DNA of 64,000 bases from an uncultured delta proteobacterium (GCA_963729715.1 CAVSPA010000003.1:96001-160000); one strand, 5' to 3'; positions 30,995 through 41,483 are shown, counted from the stretch's first letter. Notes: generated by a model from the letters alone, not told the origin. A program made the numbers and translations.

Positions 30995-31153
30995 ATGGGC
31001 AATCTACACATTATATCAAGAAGTGGCCATCCCTTCTCCGATAGAAAAGAGGCGGGGGGCCTCCTCGGCGATGAACTGAAAAAACTGGGGCTCGAAAAAG
31101 CAAAACCGCTGGTGGTCGCGATTTTGCGCGGGGGAATGTTCAAGATTCCATAG
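30995..31153 (+). pseudogene. N-terminal fragment of a phosphoribosyltransferase
   Basis: PFSDRKEAG.LL...LVVAILRGG then stop; parallels the intact gene at 34042. Confidence 0.65.
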
Positions 31154-31660
31154 AGCGCTCAAGCAGAAGGATGAGAGAATCCTTTCGAGCTACGATCACG
31201 CAGCCATACGTATGCTATGCAAAAAGGCTGAGGGAAAACGCCCTGACTATGAAGAAGTTTTGAAAATGATGATAGGACAATGTCTGTCGGAGGCGGAATT
31301 AAAGCAAAGTGATCCGGAGTCGTTCTGCTACAATCACTTTTATGCTTATAAATGCTGATCTCAACATATTTTAAAATAGACCGTGGGCACGACTGAAGAG
31401 GCCTCTAACTCTTGAAATGACCGGGACGCCGCAGGGCACGCGGGCGGCACATAAGGGCCGGTCATATTTTGAGGTGCACGCGGAAAGAACAATCCTCTAT
31501 CGCCAGTTCGTGTTGTTCTTCTCTCCTGTGGCGGAGGGTGCTGCCTCTTCACCCTCCGCCAGACACATTTCCCGGAGATTCTTTTCTGAATCGGAGAACT
31601 CTGATGGGCGCGGCCGGTTTGGAGATTACGAAGTGCGGCGCTCTTTGCGGAGGACCAGCC

Positions 31661-31897
31661 ATGAGATTTGTATTGATATTTTTTATTATTGCGCTTTTCT
31701 GTCAGGTCATCATTCATTTACCCGTCGAATCGCGGACAATATTCGGTCCGGTGCACTGGCAGTCGGAGCGTGAGAAGAAGGAATTTCATAGATTGCTCAA
31801 GAAACACGGGCAGCACAGACAGATATCCGTGATCTTTGATGACGGGTCAAAGACGTATTTCATCAACGACAAAGGCGAGAAGTGCCTCTTTAAGTAG
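31661..31897 (+). CDS. Small hypothetical exported protein
   Basis: GGAGG RBS, hydrophobic N-terminus. Confidence 0.5.
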   Translation: MRFVLIFFIIALFCQVIIHLPVESRTIFGPVHWQSEREKKEFHRLLKKHGQHRQISVIFDDGSKTYFINDKGEKCLFK

Positions 31898-31981
31898 GAT
31901 GGAAAAGGCTGGACAGAAAGCACGACCTTCTTATACATATTGGTATCTGACCTACATAGAAAGGCGAGAAGGATTGTGAAC

Positions 31982-32632
31982 ATGGCCAAGATGCGTCAAA
32001 AAGAAGTTCTCATCCCGGCAGGCAATCTGAACCTGGCGGGGATTTTCAGTCTTCCTCCCAAACCAACTGGCGTAATTGTCTTCGCCCATGGAAGCGGGAG
32101 CGGCCGTCTCAGCCCGCGCAATGCATTTGTTGCCGGGATATTGCAGGAGACCGGTTTCGCGACGCTTCTTTTTGATCTACTCGATCTCTCTGAAGAACTG
32201 GATCGCAGAAAGGTTTTTGACATCTCTCTTCTTGCCGAGCGCCTTCTTACGGGTGTGAGGTGGATGCAAACTGAAAGCGGAATGCAGGGACTGAAGCTCG
32301 GCTACTTCGGAGCAAGCACCGGCGCGGCAGCCGCCCTCGAGGCCGCAGCTAAGGAGCCCAAAGGCATTGCCGCCATAGTGTCAAGGGGAGGGCGCCCCGA
32401 CCTTGCCAGGGATTATCTTCCTAAGGTCAAGGTGCCGACCTTGCTAATCGTCGGAGGCAATGACAGGCCTGTCATTGCGATGAACCGGGAAGCCTTTGAG
32501 AATCTCCAGTGCAAGAAAGACATCGTTGTCATACCGGGAGCGACCCATCTCTTTGAGGAGCCCGGCACCCTCGATGAGGTGGCCAAACTTGCTGCAAACT
32601 GGTTTCTCAAACACATGAGCCCCAAGAAATAG
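31982..32632 (+). CDS. Alpha/beta hydrolase (dienelactone-hydrolase-like, PRTase-associated type)
   Basis: FAHGSGS.R.SPRN, GYFGASTG, SRGGRPDL, ATHLFEE. Confidence 0.9.
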   Translation: MAKMRQKEVLIPAGNLNLAGIFSLPPKPTGVIVFAHGSGSGRLSPRNAFVAGILQETGFATLLFDLLDLSEELDRRKVFDISLLAERLLTGVRWMQTESGMQGLKLGYFGASTGAAAALEAAAKEPKGIAAIVSRGGRPDLARDYLPKVKVPTLLIVGGNDRPVIAMNREAFENLQCKKDIVVIPGATHLFEEPGTLDEVAKLAANWFLKHMSPKK

Positions 32633-32637
32633 TCCTC

Positions 32638-33879
32638 ATGCGTTTCCTTGCAGACCTTCACATCCATTCAAGATATTCCATAGCGACGAGCACTGACCTG
32701 TCCCCCGAAACTATATGGAAATGGGCGCAGCTCAAAGGTATCACGGTCATCGGCACGGGGGATTTCACTCACCCGCTATGGCTGGCGGAATTAAGAAAGA
32801 AGCTGGAAAGAGCGGATAATGGACTATTCCGCCTGAAGAATAAATTCCACGGGCATGAAATTCCTGATGCATGTAAAGCCCCTGTATTCTTTCTTCTCTC
32901 CGCAGAGATAAGCTGCGTCTATAGAAAGGACGGGAAGACCAGGAAAGTACACTCCATCGTATTTGTCCGTGACTTTTCCGATGCCGCAAAATTGACCAGG
33001 GTGCTGACAAAAATTGGGAGTCTCGCCTCGGACGGGAGACCCATCTTGAAGCTGTATGCAAAGGATCTCTTGAAAATAGTACTGGATTCATCTGCTCATG
33101 CCATGCTTGTCCCTGCGCACGCGTGGACGCCGCATTTTTCCATATTCGGCGCGGCATCCGGATTTTCCTCTCTTGACGAATGCTTTGAAGAATTGACGCC
33201 AAATATCTATGCTATTGAAACAGGACTCTCCTCAGACCCGGCCATGAATTGGCGGCTCTCATCCCTTACCAGGATAACCTTGATATCCAATTCCGATGCA
33301 CATTCTCCATACACCATCGGCCGTGAAGCAAGCATATTTGACTGCGAAGTCTCATATGCGGCGATTACGGATGCCATAAAATCTAAAAAAGGTCTTGTCG
33401 CTACAATCGAATTCTTCCCGCAGGAGGGGAAATATTATTACGACGGCCACCGCTCCTGCGCCGTAAGCATGAATCCGGCAGAAACGATCCGGCATAAGTA
33501 TTTGTGTCCTGTGTGCGGCAGGAAATTAACCATGGGCGTCATGCATAGAATTGAACAGCTCGCGGACAGAAGGATGGGATTCAAGCCAAGAGGTGCACCG
33601 CCTTTTTATTCCGTAATCCCTCTCCGGGAGATTATTGCAGAAGTACTCCAGCGGGGCGTAAAAACGAAAACAGTCGATAACGAATATATGAGATTGCTCA
33701 AGGAACTGGGCAACGAAATGAGCATCCTCATAACGGTACCTCTGAAAGATATAGGGCGTGCCGGTTCGCCCCGTCTTGCGGAGGCCGTCTCACGCATGCA
33801 GAGGGGAGATATCAATATCATGCCCGGTTTCGACGGCGAATACGGGAAGGTGAAAATCTTTGACAAAGCTGACAGGTGA
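32638..33879 (+). CDS. Endonuclease Q family protein (PHP domain plus Zn finger)
   Basis: DLHIHSRYS, GTGDFTHP, PAHAWTP, ETGLSSD, SNSDAHS, GKYYYDGHR.C, CPVCG, PGFDGEYG. Confidence 0.9.
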   Translation: MRFLADLHIHSRYSIATSTDLSPETIWKWAQLKGITVIGTGDFTHPLWLAELRKKLERADNGLFRLKNKFHGHEIPDACKAPVFFLLSAEISCVYRKDGKTRKVHSIVFVRDFSDAAKLTRVLTKIGSLASDGRPILKLYAKDLLKIVLDSSAHAMLVPAHAWTPHFSIFGAASGFSSLDECFEELTPNIYAIETGLSSDPAMNWRLSSLTRITLISNSDAHSPYTIGREASIFDCEVSYAAITDAIKSKKGLVATIEFFPQEGKYYYDGHRSCAVSMNPAETIRHKYLCPVCGRKLTMGVMHRIEQLADRRMGFKPRGAPPFYSVIPLREIIAEVLQRGVKTKTVDNEYMRLLKELGNEMSILITVPLKDIGRAGSPRLAEAVSRMQRGDINIMPGFDGEYGKVKIFDKADR

Positions 33880-33934
33880 GCCGGGAAGCTATTGCTGGAC
33901 TCCCGCCTATGAGGGAGTGACATAATCCTCTTTC

Positions 33935-33963
33935 TTGTCATTTCGAGTGGAATGAGAAATCTT
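33935..33963. repeat. Degenerate GTCATT-type intergenic repeat
   Basis: TTGTCATTTCGAGTGGAATGAGAAATCTT; a related sequence occurs reverse-complemented near 49056-49080. Confidence 0.35.
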
Positions 33964-34041
33964 GTTGATCATTCAATCAGAAAGGTTATTTTGTTGCTAT
34001 AATATAGTGCATGAAGATGGGAGTCGTCAGAGGTATCCGCC

Positions 34042-34686
34042 ATGGTCCTATTTAAGAACAGATTAGATGCCGGGACGAAACTTGCGGAAAAAATTCATCT
34101 CGGAAAGGACGATAAGAATCTCATTGTCCTCGGCATACCGAGAGGCGGGATCTCCGTCGGCTACCCTATGGCCCTCAAGTTGAATTGTCCTTTGGAGCCG
34201 ATAACGCTCCGCAAGCTTCCCATACCGCAGAATGACCAGATGGGCTTCGGCGCCGTCACCCTGAACAGGAAGGTCATGCTGAATAAAAGATTGATTGACG
34301 TCGGCTACGTTTCGAAGAATGAAATCGAGGAAATTGTGGACGAGGTATACGAAGAGGTGCTGCGGAGAGACAGATTATACCGCGGTTCAAAGCCATTCCC
34401 CGACCTGCAAGGCCGAACCGTTATCATCGTTGACGACGGGCTTGCCACGGGATTTACCATGCTTGCCGCCATAAGCTTCGCAAAGGAAAACCATGCCCTT
34501 AAAATCATATGCGCAGTTCCTGTCGCCCATGACGATGCCTACAATCTGGTGAGTCAGGAGGCCGATTCCATCATATGCCTCCACATCTACAGGGGATACT
34601 CCTTTGCCGTCGCCTCTTTTTACCAGAGTTTCTCTGATATGGAGGATAGAGAGGTCATATCGCTATTGAAAAAGATTCACACTTAA
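34042..34686 (+). CDS. Phosphoribosyltransferase family protein
   Basis: FKNRLDAG..LA, LGIPRGG, PRPP motif VIIVDDGLATG. Confidence 0.92.
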   Translation: MVLFKNRLDAGTKLAEKIHLGKDDKNLIVLGIPRGGISVGYPMALKLNCPLEPITLRKLPIPQNDQMGFGAVTLNRKVMLNKRLIDVGYVSKNEIEEIVDEVYEEVLRRDRLYRGSKPFPDLQGRTVIIVDDGLATGFTMLAAISFAKENHALKIICAVPVAHDDAYNLVSQEADSIICLHIYRGYSFAVASFYQSFSDMEDREVISLLKKIHT

Positions 34687-34813
34687 ACCAAGCATCCACA
34701 ATACGATTTTTACTTGACCTGCAAAAACCACATCTCTATACTTGGCGCGCCTCAAAGACTTGATCCGCGCGATGGCAAGGCATATAAGAATTTCATGAGA
34801 AGTGGTTTGGAAC

Positions 34814-35827
34814 ATGTTTAAATCAAGAGGAACAAAAGAAGCCCTGATCTTAATTGCCCTTTCCGCGATTACCCTTTTCTTCCCGTGCTGCCAGAAAGGG
34901 AGCGGGGGAAAATATGCCGGGCCCGTCGAAAAGATCACCTTGGGTGCGGTGGCTGTAGAAAGCTCATCTCTTATGTACATCGCTGACGCACTTGGTATGT
35001 TCAAGGCCCACGGACTTGATGTGACGGTCATAGATTTCCCCGATGGCGTAAAGGCGTCAGACGATCTTCTGAAAGACAGGCTTGATGTAGCAGCGGTATC
35101 GGACTTTGTATTTGTCACCAAGAGTTTCATGCGGAATGATCTCAGGATATTTGGATCTATCTTCCGTGGGGACACGTTTGAAGTCATCGCGAGGAAAGAC
35201 CACGGGATCACTAAACCCGCCCATTTAAAAGGCAGACGGATCGGACTCACGCGCGGTACCGTTCTGGATTTCTTCATGGAGACGTTCCTTTCCCTGCATG
35301 GTATCGCCCCAGGAAGTGTCAGGCTCGTGGACCTGAAGCCTTCTGAAATCCCGGCTGCCATCTCTTCCGGCGCTGTGGATGCTGTTTATGCATGGGAGCC
35401 TTATGCCGGACAGATTAAGAAAAGTCTCGGCCCGAATGCAGTAAACTGGCCAGGACAAAGCGGTCAGAGTTATCAATTCGTGCTGATTGCCAAAGAGGAA
35501 TTCATCAAAGAACGGCAGATTGCGGTTGAACACCTCCTCAATGCCCTGTTGGAGGCGGAAAAATATTCCTCGGAGCACACTGCGGATGCCCAAAACATCA
35601 TTGCCTCGCGACGGGGCTACGATCGTGCCTTGTTGCAATCAGTATGGAAACGGAGTGATTTCCGGGTAAGACTCGACCAGGATCTCGTGATCCTGATGGA
35701 AGACGAAGCAACGTGGGCCATGCGCCGCAGACTGACAGGAAAAATGGAAATGCCGAATTATCTTCGTTTCATACATTGGGAAAACCTTGCGCGGATAAAG
35801 CCGGAGGCAGTTAGAATCATCCATTGA
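34814..35827 (+). CDS. NrtA/SsuA/CpmA-family substrate-binding protein
   Basis: Lipoprotein-like leader, G.FK.HGLDV, LKGRRIG..RGT, AWEP. Confidence 0.85.
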   Translation: MFKSRGTKEALILIALSAITLFFPCCQKGSGGKYAGPVEKITLGAVAVESSSLMYIADALGMFKAHGLDVTVIDFPDGVKASDDLLKDRLDVAAVSDFVFVTKSFMRNDLRIFGSIFRGDTFEVIARKDHGITKPAHLKGRRIGLTRGTVLDFFMETFLSLHGIAPGSVRLVDLKPSEIPAAISSGAVDAVYAWEPYAGQIKKSLGPNAVNWPGQSGQSYQFVLIAKEEFIKERQIAVEHLLNALLEAEKYSSEHTADAQNIIASRRGYDRALLQSVWKRSDFRVRLDQDLVILMEDEATWAMRRRLTGKMEMPNYLRFIHWENLARIKPEAVRIIH

Positions 35828-35834
35828 GGGTATC

Positions 35835-38468
35835 ATGTCTATAAGAACCAAACTTTTGATCAATGTTCTCCTGATGGTAGTTTCTTTTCTTGTCATTGCA
35901 TTCGTCCTCAACATTGCGAGAAATGGAATAGCCGACTCTGTCAGGAGAGCCGACTTCGCCGACCAGGTCGCCATCGGCGTCTCCGACATGAACACCATCA
36001 CATACGACTACTTGATGAGGCCGGGTGAACGCGCCCGGCAGCAATGGCAAATGAAGCATGCCTCGCTTGATGATCTCATGAAAGGCGCAAATTTCAAGAG
36101 AAAAGAGGTGATGGTGATCCTGCAGAGGATCATGAAGAGCCATGAAGAGACGGCCCTGTTTTTTAAACAGCTCGTTGAAAACAGCGAGAAAAAGAAACAC
36201 GCCTCCGCCTCCCTACGGGCTTTTCTCGATGAAAATGATAAAAGGAACGTGACGCAGCTCATGGCCAGGTCTCAGATCATGGCCAGTGAATCGCACTTGT
36301 TTGCCCGGGAAGGCGAAGTTACAATTCAAAAAGCGCTTACACGGTCTGTCTGGTTTATCACCGTTACGCTTATCATAATGATAGTGATTTCAGGCGCCAT
36401 ATCCTATTTCCTGAGCGGGAATATAACGGCATCTATCAAGACCCTCAAAAACGGAACGGAGATAATTGCCCGGGGCGATCTCGAATGCAGGGTGCCCATA
36501 AGAGGCCGGGATGAGATTGCGTCACTGTCCCTTTCATTCAATGAGATGGCAGGGAAACTGAAGAACGCCAATGCAAGTCTGCGGGCGGAGATAGAGGAAA
36601 GGGAAAAGGCCAGGGAAGCGCTCCGCATCGCCAGTCTTTATATGCGCAGCCTCATTGAGGTGAGCCTGGACCCGCTGGTTACGATCAGCGCCGAAGGCAG
36701 GGTGATGGATGTGAACAAAGCCACGGAGGATGTTACCGGCGTGCCTCGTGAGAAACTCATCGGCAGTGATTTCTCCGACTATTTCACCGAGCCCGAGAAG
36801 GCGCGGGAAGGATACAATAGGGTTTTCTCTCAGGGGTTTGTTAAAGACTATCCCCTCGCCATCCGCCATATGTCGGGCCGAATAACAGAGGTTCTTTACA
36901 ACGCCGCAACTTATGCGGACTATAAGGGAGAAGTGCAGGGGGTTTTCGCGGCAGCCCGGGACGTAACGAAACTCAGGGCGGCACAAAAGGCATTACAGAA
37001 ATCATACGATGAATTAGAACGGCGGGTCGAGGGAAGAACGGCCGAGCTTCGGGAAAGCGAGGAACGCCTGACGCATGCGCTCGAAGCAGGTGAGCTCGGC
37101 ATATGGGGACTCGACACGAAAACAGGAAAGGCCTGGCGTTCGCTCCGCCACGATCAGATCTTCGGTTACGATACAATTCTCCCTGAGTGGACATATCAGA
37201 TGTTCCCCGAACATGTGGTAGCGGAAGATCGCAATGAAGTAAACGAGAAGTTCGGGTATGCGATATCGAGAGGCGCGGAATGGAATTTTGAGTGCCGCAT
37301 CCGCAGGACCGATGGGGACGTCCGCTGGATATGGGCGCAGGGAATGCCCAGGCTGAACGAACGGAATGAAGTCGTTTCCATGGTCGGCCTCGTGAGGGAT
37401 ATTACCGGCCGCAAGCAGGCGGAAGCGGAAACGGAACGCTTGGCAACGTTTCCCAGGCTGAACCCGAGTCCTATAGTAGAGACGGATATGGCGGGCAGTA
37501 TCCAGTTTCTCAATCCTGCCGCCGAACGATTGTTCCCCAATATCCGTGAGCGCGGGCTCGCACATCCGTGGCTTGCACATTGGGAGGCGCTGGTGCGCGC
37601 CTGCCGTGAGGGAGGAGTGGAATGCGGCGAGTGTGAAGTGACCGCAGAAGGAAGATGGTACCTGCAAACGATACATTTTGTAAAAGATGTTGAACGCATC
37701 CGCATATACGGACTGGACATTACCGAGCGCCGATTGGCAGAAATGGAACTCAAGGAACGGACAGTTCAGCTCGAAGCGGCCAACAAGGAACTGGAGGGTT
37801 TCAGCTACTCGGTCTCCCACGACCTTCGGGCGCCACTGCGGGCCATAGACGGCTTCTCCATAAGACTCATACGGGACTTTGAAGGCAAGCTTGAAGAAGA
37901 CGGCGTGAGAAAGCTTCATGCCATAAGCAGGAACGTCCAGCAGATGGGCCAGCTCATTGATGATCTTCTTTCTTTTTCAAGATTGAGCCGTAAGGAAATG
38001 CATATGTCCCGGGTAAATATGGAAGCAATGGCGCACGATGTATGGAGCGAGATCAAAGAATTAAACCCGAACCGCGAGCTTGACGTCAAGATCGTCAATA
38101 TGATACCTGTCTTTGGCGACGCCTCCCTCATCAGACAGGTCGTAGTCAATCTTCTTTCCAATGCCGTCAAGTTTACAAGGGGCAGAAAACCTGCTGCGAT
38201 TGAAATAGGCAGTCGCAACGAGGGGAGTGAAATAACTTATTACGTGAAGGATAACGGTGCGGGTTTCGACATGAGATATTCCGACAAGCTCTTTGGCGTC
38301 TTCGAACGGCTGCATCGGCCGGACGAGTTTGAGGGAACGGGTGTTGGGCTCGCCATCGTCCAGCGCATTATTCACCGCCACGGCGGCCGGGTTTGGGCGG
38401 AAGGCAAAGTGAACGGGGGAGCAACAATTTATTTTACCATTGCCGGAAAGGAGAAAACAATTGCTTGA
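35835..38468 (+). CDS. Membrane-bound HAMP/multi-PAS histidine kinase
   Basis: Two TM helices, HAMP (DEIASLSLSFNEM), three PAS-like regions, FSYSVSHDLRAPL, HATPase boxes. Confidence 0.95.
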   Translation: MSIRTKLLINVLLMVVSFLVIAFVLNIARNGIADSVRRADFADQVAIGVSDMNTITYDYLMRPGERARQQWQMKHASLDDLMKGANFKRKEVMVILQRIMKSHEETALFFKQLVENSEKKKHASASLRAFLDENDKRNVTQLMARSQIMASESHLFAREGEVTIQKALTRSVWFITVTLIIMIVISGAISYFLSGNITASIKTLKNGTEIIARGDLECRVPIRGRDEIASLSLSFNEMAGKLKNANASLRAEIEEREKAREALRIASLYMRSLIEVSLDPLVTISAEGRVMDVNKATEDVTGVPREKLIGSDFSDYFTEPEKAREGYNRVFSQGFVKDYPLAIRHMSGRITEVLYNAATYADYKGEVQGVFAAARDVTKLRAAQKALQKSYDELERRVEGRTAELRESEERLTHALEAGELGIWGLDTKTGKAWRSLRHDQIFGYDTILPEWTYQMFPEHVVAEDRNEVNEKFGYAISRGAEWNFECRIRRTDGDVRWIWAQGMPRLNERNEVVSMVGLVRDITGRKQAEAETERLATFPRLNPSPIVETDMAGSIQFLNPAAERLFPNIRERGLAHPWLAHWEALVRACREGGVECGECEVTAEGRWYLQTIHFVKDVERIRIYGLDITERRLAEMELKERTVQLEAANKELEGFSYSVSHDLRAPLRAIDGFSIRLIRDFEGKLEEDGVRKLHAISRNVQQMGQLIDDLLSFSRLSRKEMHMSRVNMEAMAHDVWSEIKELNPNRELDVKIVNMIPVFGDASLIRQVVVNLLSNAVKFTRGRKPAAIEIGSRNEGSEITYYVKDNGAGFDMRYSDKLFGVFERLHRPDEFEGTGVGLAIVQRIIHRHGGRVWAEGKVNGGATIYFTIAGKEKTIA

Positions 38469-38901
38469 CGATATAATCGATGTCTTACTCATAGAGGATA
38501 ACTCTGACGATGTGGATCTGACCCTTGACGCGCTTAATGTGCATAAACTTGCCAACCGCGTTAAGGTATTGCGGGACGGTGCGGAGGCGCTTGATTATAT
38601 ATTCTGCACAGGGCAGTTTGCGGACCGGGACATTTGCGTCGGTCCGAAGGTGATTCTCCTTGACCTCAAGCTTCCGAAGGTCGACGGCATTGAGGTCTTG
38701 CGCAGAATCAGGTCTGATGAGCGGACAAAGACACTGCCCGTCGTCGTTCTCACTTCTTCTAACGAACAGAAGGACCGGGTCGACAGTTACGAACTCGGGG
38801 TGAACAGTTATATCGTGAAACCAGTTGAATTTGAAAATTTTGCACGTGCGGTGGCCGACATAGGATTCTACTGGGTCTTGCTGAACAAAGTGCCTTTCTG
38901 A
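38461..38901 (+). CDS. Single-domain response regulator (Rcp1-like)
   Basis: LLIEDN, LDLKLPKVDG, GVNSYIVKP. Confidence 0.92.
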   Translation: MLDDIIDVLLIEDNSDDVDLTLDALNVHKLANRVKVLRDGAEALDYIFCTGQFADRDICVGPKVILLDLKLPKVDGIEVLRRIRSDERTKTLPVVVLTSSNEQKDRVDSYELGVNSYIVKPVEFENFARAVADIGFYWVLLNKVPF

Positions 38902-38960
38902 GCTTTATCGGAATTCCCATTGCGGGCGAAGAGAAGCAACCCCATGCGTCGCAAACAGTC

Positions 38961-39013
38961 GTAGTGCAGGACTTTAGCCCTGGCAATTGAGCAGACATGA
39001 ATGTCTGCACTGC
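38961..39013. repeat. GTAG-type REP doublet
   Basis: GTAGTGCAGG-ACTTTAG-CCCTG...GCAGAC-ATGAAT-GTCTGCACTGC in inverted arrangement. Confidence 0.55.
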
Positions 39014-39376
39014 GTTTTTTCATCTTCGTTTCATCCTCCTTTTACCCGCTTCATTCTTTTTCTCGTTTCACATAAGACATTTCGCAGTCCACAATAATGG
39101 ATCCTGCCTATGGCATCTGGCAATAATTTGTAATATCCTTTGGCCAGGAGTATCGTGTGAATAGAAAGGAGAAGGGCCACATGAAAAGGCTATCCTCGAG
39201 AGATACTATATTGTTCATGGCCGGCATGCTTTTGCTTCTGCTCCCGGTAGTGACACGCGCCCAATCCGGGGGTCCGCCGCCGACTGAAAGGAGAGTCTTC
39301 GGCCCGGCCGCTCACGAGGGAGAGACTATACATCCGTCCGCCAGCGGCGGAAGTATGAGAAGATAGATGTCTGTCG

Positions 39377-40183
39377 CTATTTCCTGAAAATCTTGTGCAG
39401 GAATTTTTGCAGTTCCTCCCGGGATTTCATGTCCGCATCGCGGTTGTATGCAATGGGGATATTGTACTTCTTTCCTAATTCATCAGCCTCAGGATTAGTG
39501 AAGCTGTGAACCGCACCCGGATAGGAGATGAACTTGAAATCAGCGCCCGCTGCTTTCATCTCGTTTTTGAAAGCCTCGACCTGGTCTCTTGTAACGAAGT
39601 TGTCGTCCGCGCCGTGAAGGACGAGTATCTTTGCCTTGATGGAGCTCGGCTGGGCGGGCCTGACTGCCGTCAGGTTTCCATGAAAGCTCGCAACACCCTT
39701 TAGATCAACTCCCTGCCGCGCCATGTTGAGCACAATCCCGCCGCCGAAGCAATAGCCAGTGGCTGCGATCCGCGTGGGGTCGGCGGCGGGTTGGCCTTTG
39801 AGAAAATCCATTGCTGCCATGAAGCGCGCCTTCCCGACGTCGAAATTCTTCATGAGCGCTGAAGAGAATTTTCCCGCATCGTCAGGATGCTGTGCTACCT
39901 TGCCTTCGCCGTACATGTCCACTACGAGGGCGGTATATCCCAGCTATGCGAACATGCGCGCCCGCTTGCGGGCGTAGTCATTGAGGCCCCACCACTCATG
40001 GACTACCAACACTCCCGGGCGTTTCCCCTTCATATTTTCATCATAGGCTAGGTAGCTTTTCATCATGACACCCTCTGCGCTATAGGACGCTTGCTTCCCC
40101 AGGATCCTTGGATCCGCATGGGCGATACCCGCCATGCACAGAATCAATGCAAAGACAGAGAGCATTCCGAATAAATTTTTCAT
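39377..40183 (-). pseudogene. Secreted dienelactone hydrolase family protein with an in-frame TAG
   Basis: Signal peptide, HEWWG, ARMFA*LGY (TAG 39944-39946), GYCFGG, HSFTNP, all in one frame. Confidence 0.85.
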
Positions 40184-40265
40184 GACCTCCCCCTTTCGCA
40201 TTTTTTGATTTGATCATTTGGATTCTGAAACTGCCGGCAACCTTATCAGCTTCAGAACTATGATT

Positions 40266-41483
40266 CTAAAACAAAACGTTCAACACCTTGTCCATTTCCT
40301 TGAGGGTGGAGAGGATATCCGCGGCCTCATCCGGTTTCAGGGCCTCCGGCTTGATCACCGTGAGAAGAGACTGCACGGCATCGATGGCTTCTCCGACACG
40401 CAGGTCATTATCCATATGCCGGGCAAAGGCAAGCTTAAGGCGGACGCCCGCTTGAGAACGCTCGGGGGGCTTGCCGGACGCCCTTGCCGCGATGCCATGC
40501 ATGAGGCTTCTTAACTCGAGAAGATTCTCTTTTGCGCGGCGCATATTCTTCTCCGTATAGTTGATCCGCTTCCGATAGTGATTCGCTATCAGGAAGAACC
40601 TGATTTCCGCGGGACTGTATCCTTCGGCGAGTAATGTCTCAGTATAGTAGATATTTCCCTTGCTCTTGGACATCTTCTGTCCCTGTATAAACAGATGCTG
40701 GCAGTGGAGCCAGTATCGCGCCATGTCATAAGGCCGCACGGACTCGAGAATGGCGCGCGTGTAGTCGTGATGGCGGATCAGGTTGTCGATTCCTCCGCAG
40801 TAGATAGAGAGGCTCTCCTGGAAATACCGGTTTACCATGCTTGCGTCCTGAATGTTCCATGCGGGCCTGCCTTGTCCTATTGATGTCTTCCAGTAGTCCC
40901 TTTCTCCCACCTTGCGGCCGTGCCAGAGAATAAAGTCGCCGAGATTCCAGCGCATGCCCGGATAGGTGTCTTTACTGAAGCGCCTTTTCGTCTTCGGCCA
41001 CCGCGACATATCGAGGCCGTAAATTTTTCCGAAACCTTTAAATTTCAACGGATCAAAATAGACGTCGCCCCGATGCCAGTATGCTGCGCCGCACGCGACA
41101 AGGCCCTTGATGATCTTTACCGCCTCGTCGACCGAGCGGGAAGCGCGGGGAAGATAATCCGGTTTCTTGATCTTGAGGAGGAACATTTCATCGAGAAAGG
41201 ATTTGATATTTTCTTCTGTCAGCCGCTTTACTGTTGTATGCCTTTTTTCCGCTTCGAGGACAGCCTTATCCTCGATATCGGTGAAGTTCATTCCCCGTCT
41301 CACCTTACAGCCGGAATATTCAAGATATCTGACGAGGACATCCTCGAACGTGAATGTCCTGAAATTGCCGATATGAGCCCGCTGGTAGACGGAAGGGCCG
41401 CAGGTAAATATATTCACGACTTCCGGGTTAACGGGGTGAAAAACCTGCAATTGCTTTCCCATTGAATTGTAGAGGTGCAGCAT
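40266..41483 (-). CDS. Cysteine--tRNA ligase-like protein (atypical, short class I paralogue)
   Basis: TCGPSVY..AHIGN, NFTDIEDK, DFILW, GRPAW, KMSKS; 405 aa. Confidence 0.85.
   Translation of the reverse strand: MLHLYNSMGKQLQVFHPVNPEVVNIFTCGPSVYQRAHIGNFRTFTFEDVLVRYLEYSGCKVRRGMNFTDIEDKAVLEAEKRHTTVKRLTEENIKSFLDEMFLLKIKKPDYLPRASRSVDEAVKIIKGLVACGAAYWHRGDVYFDPLKFKGFGKIYGLDMSRWPKTKRRFSKDTYPGMRWNLGDFILWHGRKVGERDYWKTSIGQGRPAWNIQDASMVNRYFQESLSIYCGGIDNLIRHHDYTRAILESVRPYDMARYWLHCQHLFIQGQKMSKSKGNIYYTETLLAEGYSPAEIRFFLIANHYRKRINYTEKNMRRAKENLLELRSLMHGIAARASGKPPERSQAGVRLKLAFARHMDNDLRVGEAIDAVQSLLTVIKPEALKPDEAADILSTLKEMDKVLNVLF

Noticed and set aside
30096..39946. In-frame TAG codons in two genes as possible pyrrolysine or stop-codon recoding
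   Set aside because: One gene also has an in-frame TAA, many intact genes end in TAG, and no pyl genes are in the window; simple nonsense mutations are more likely
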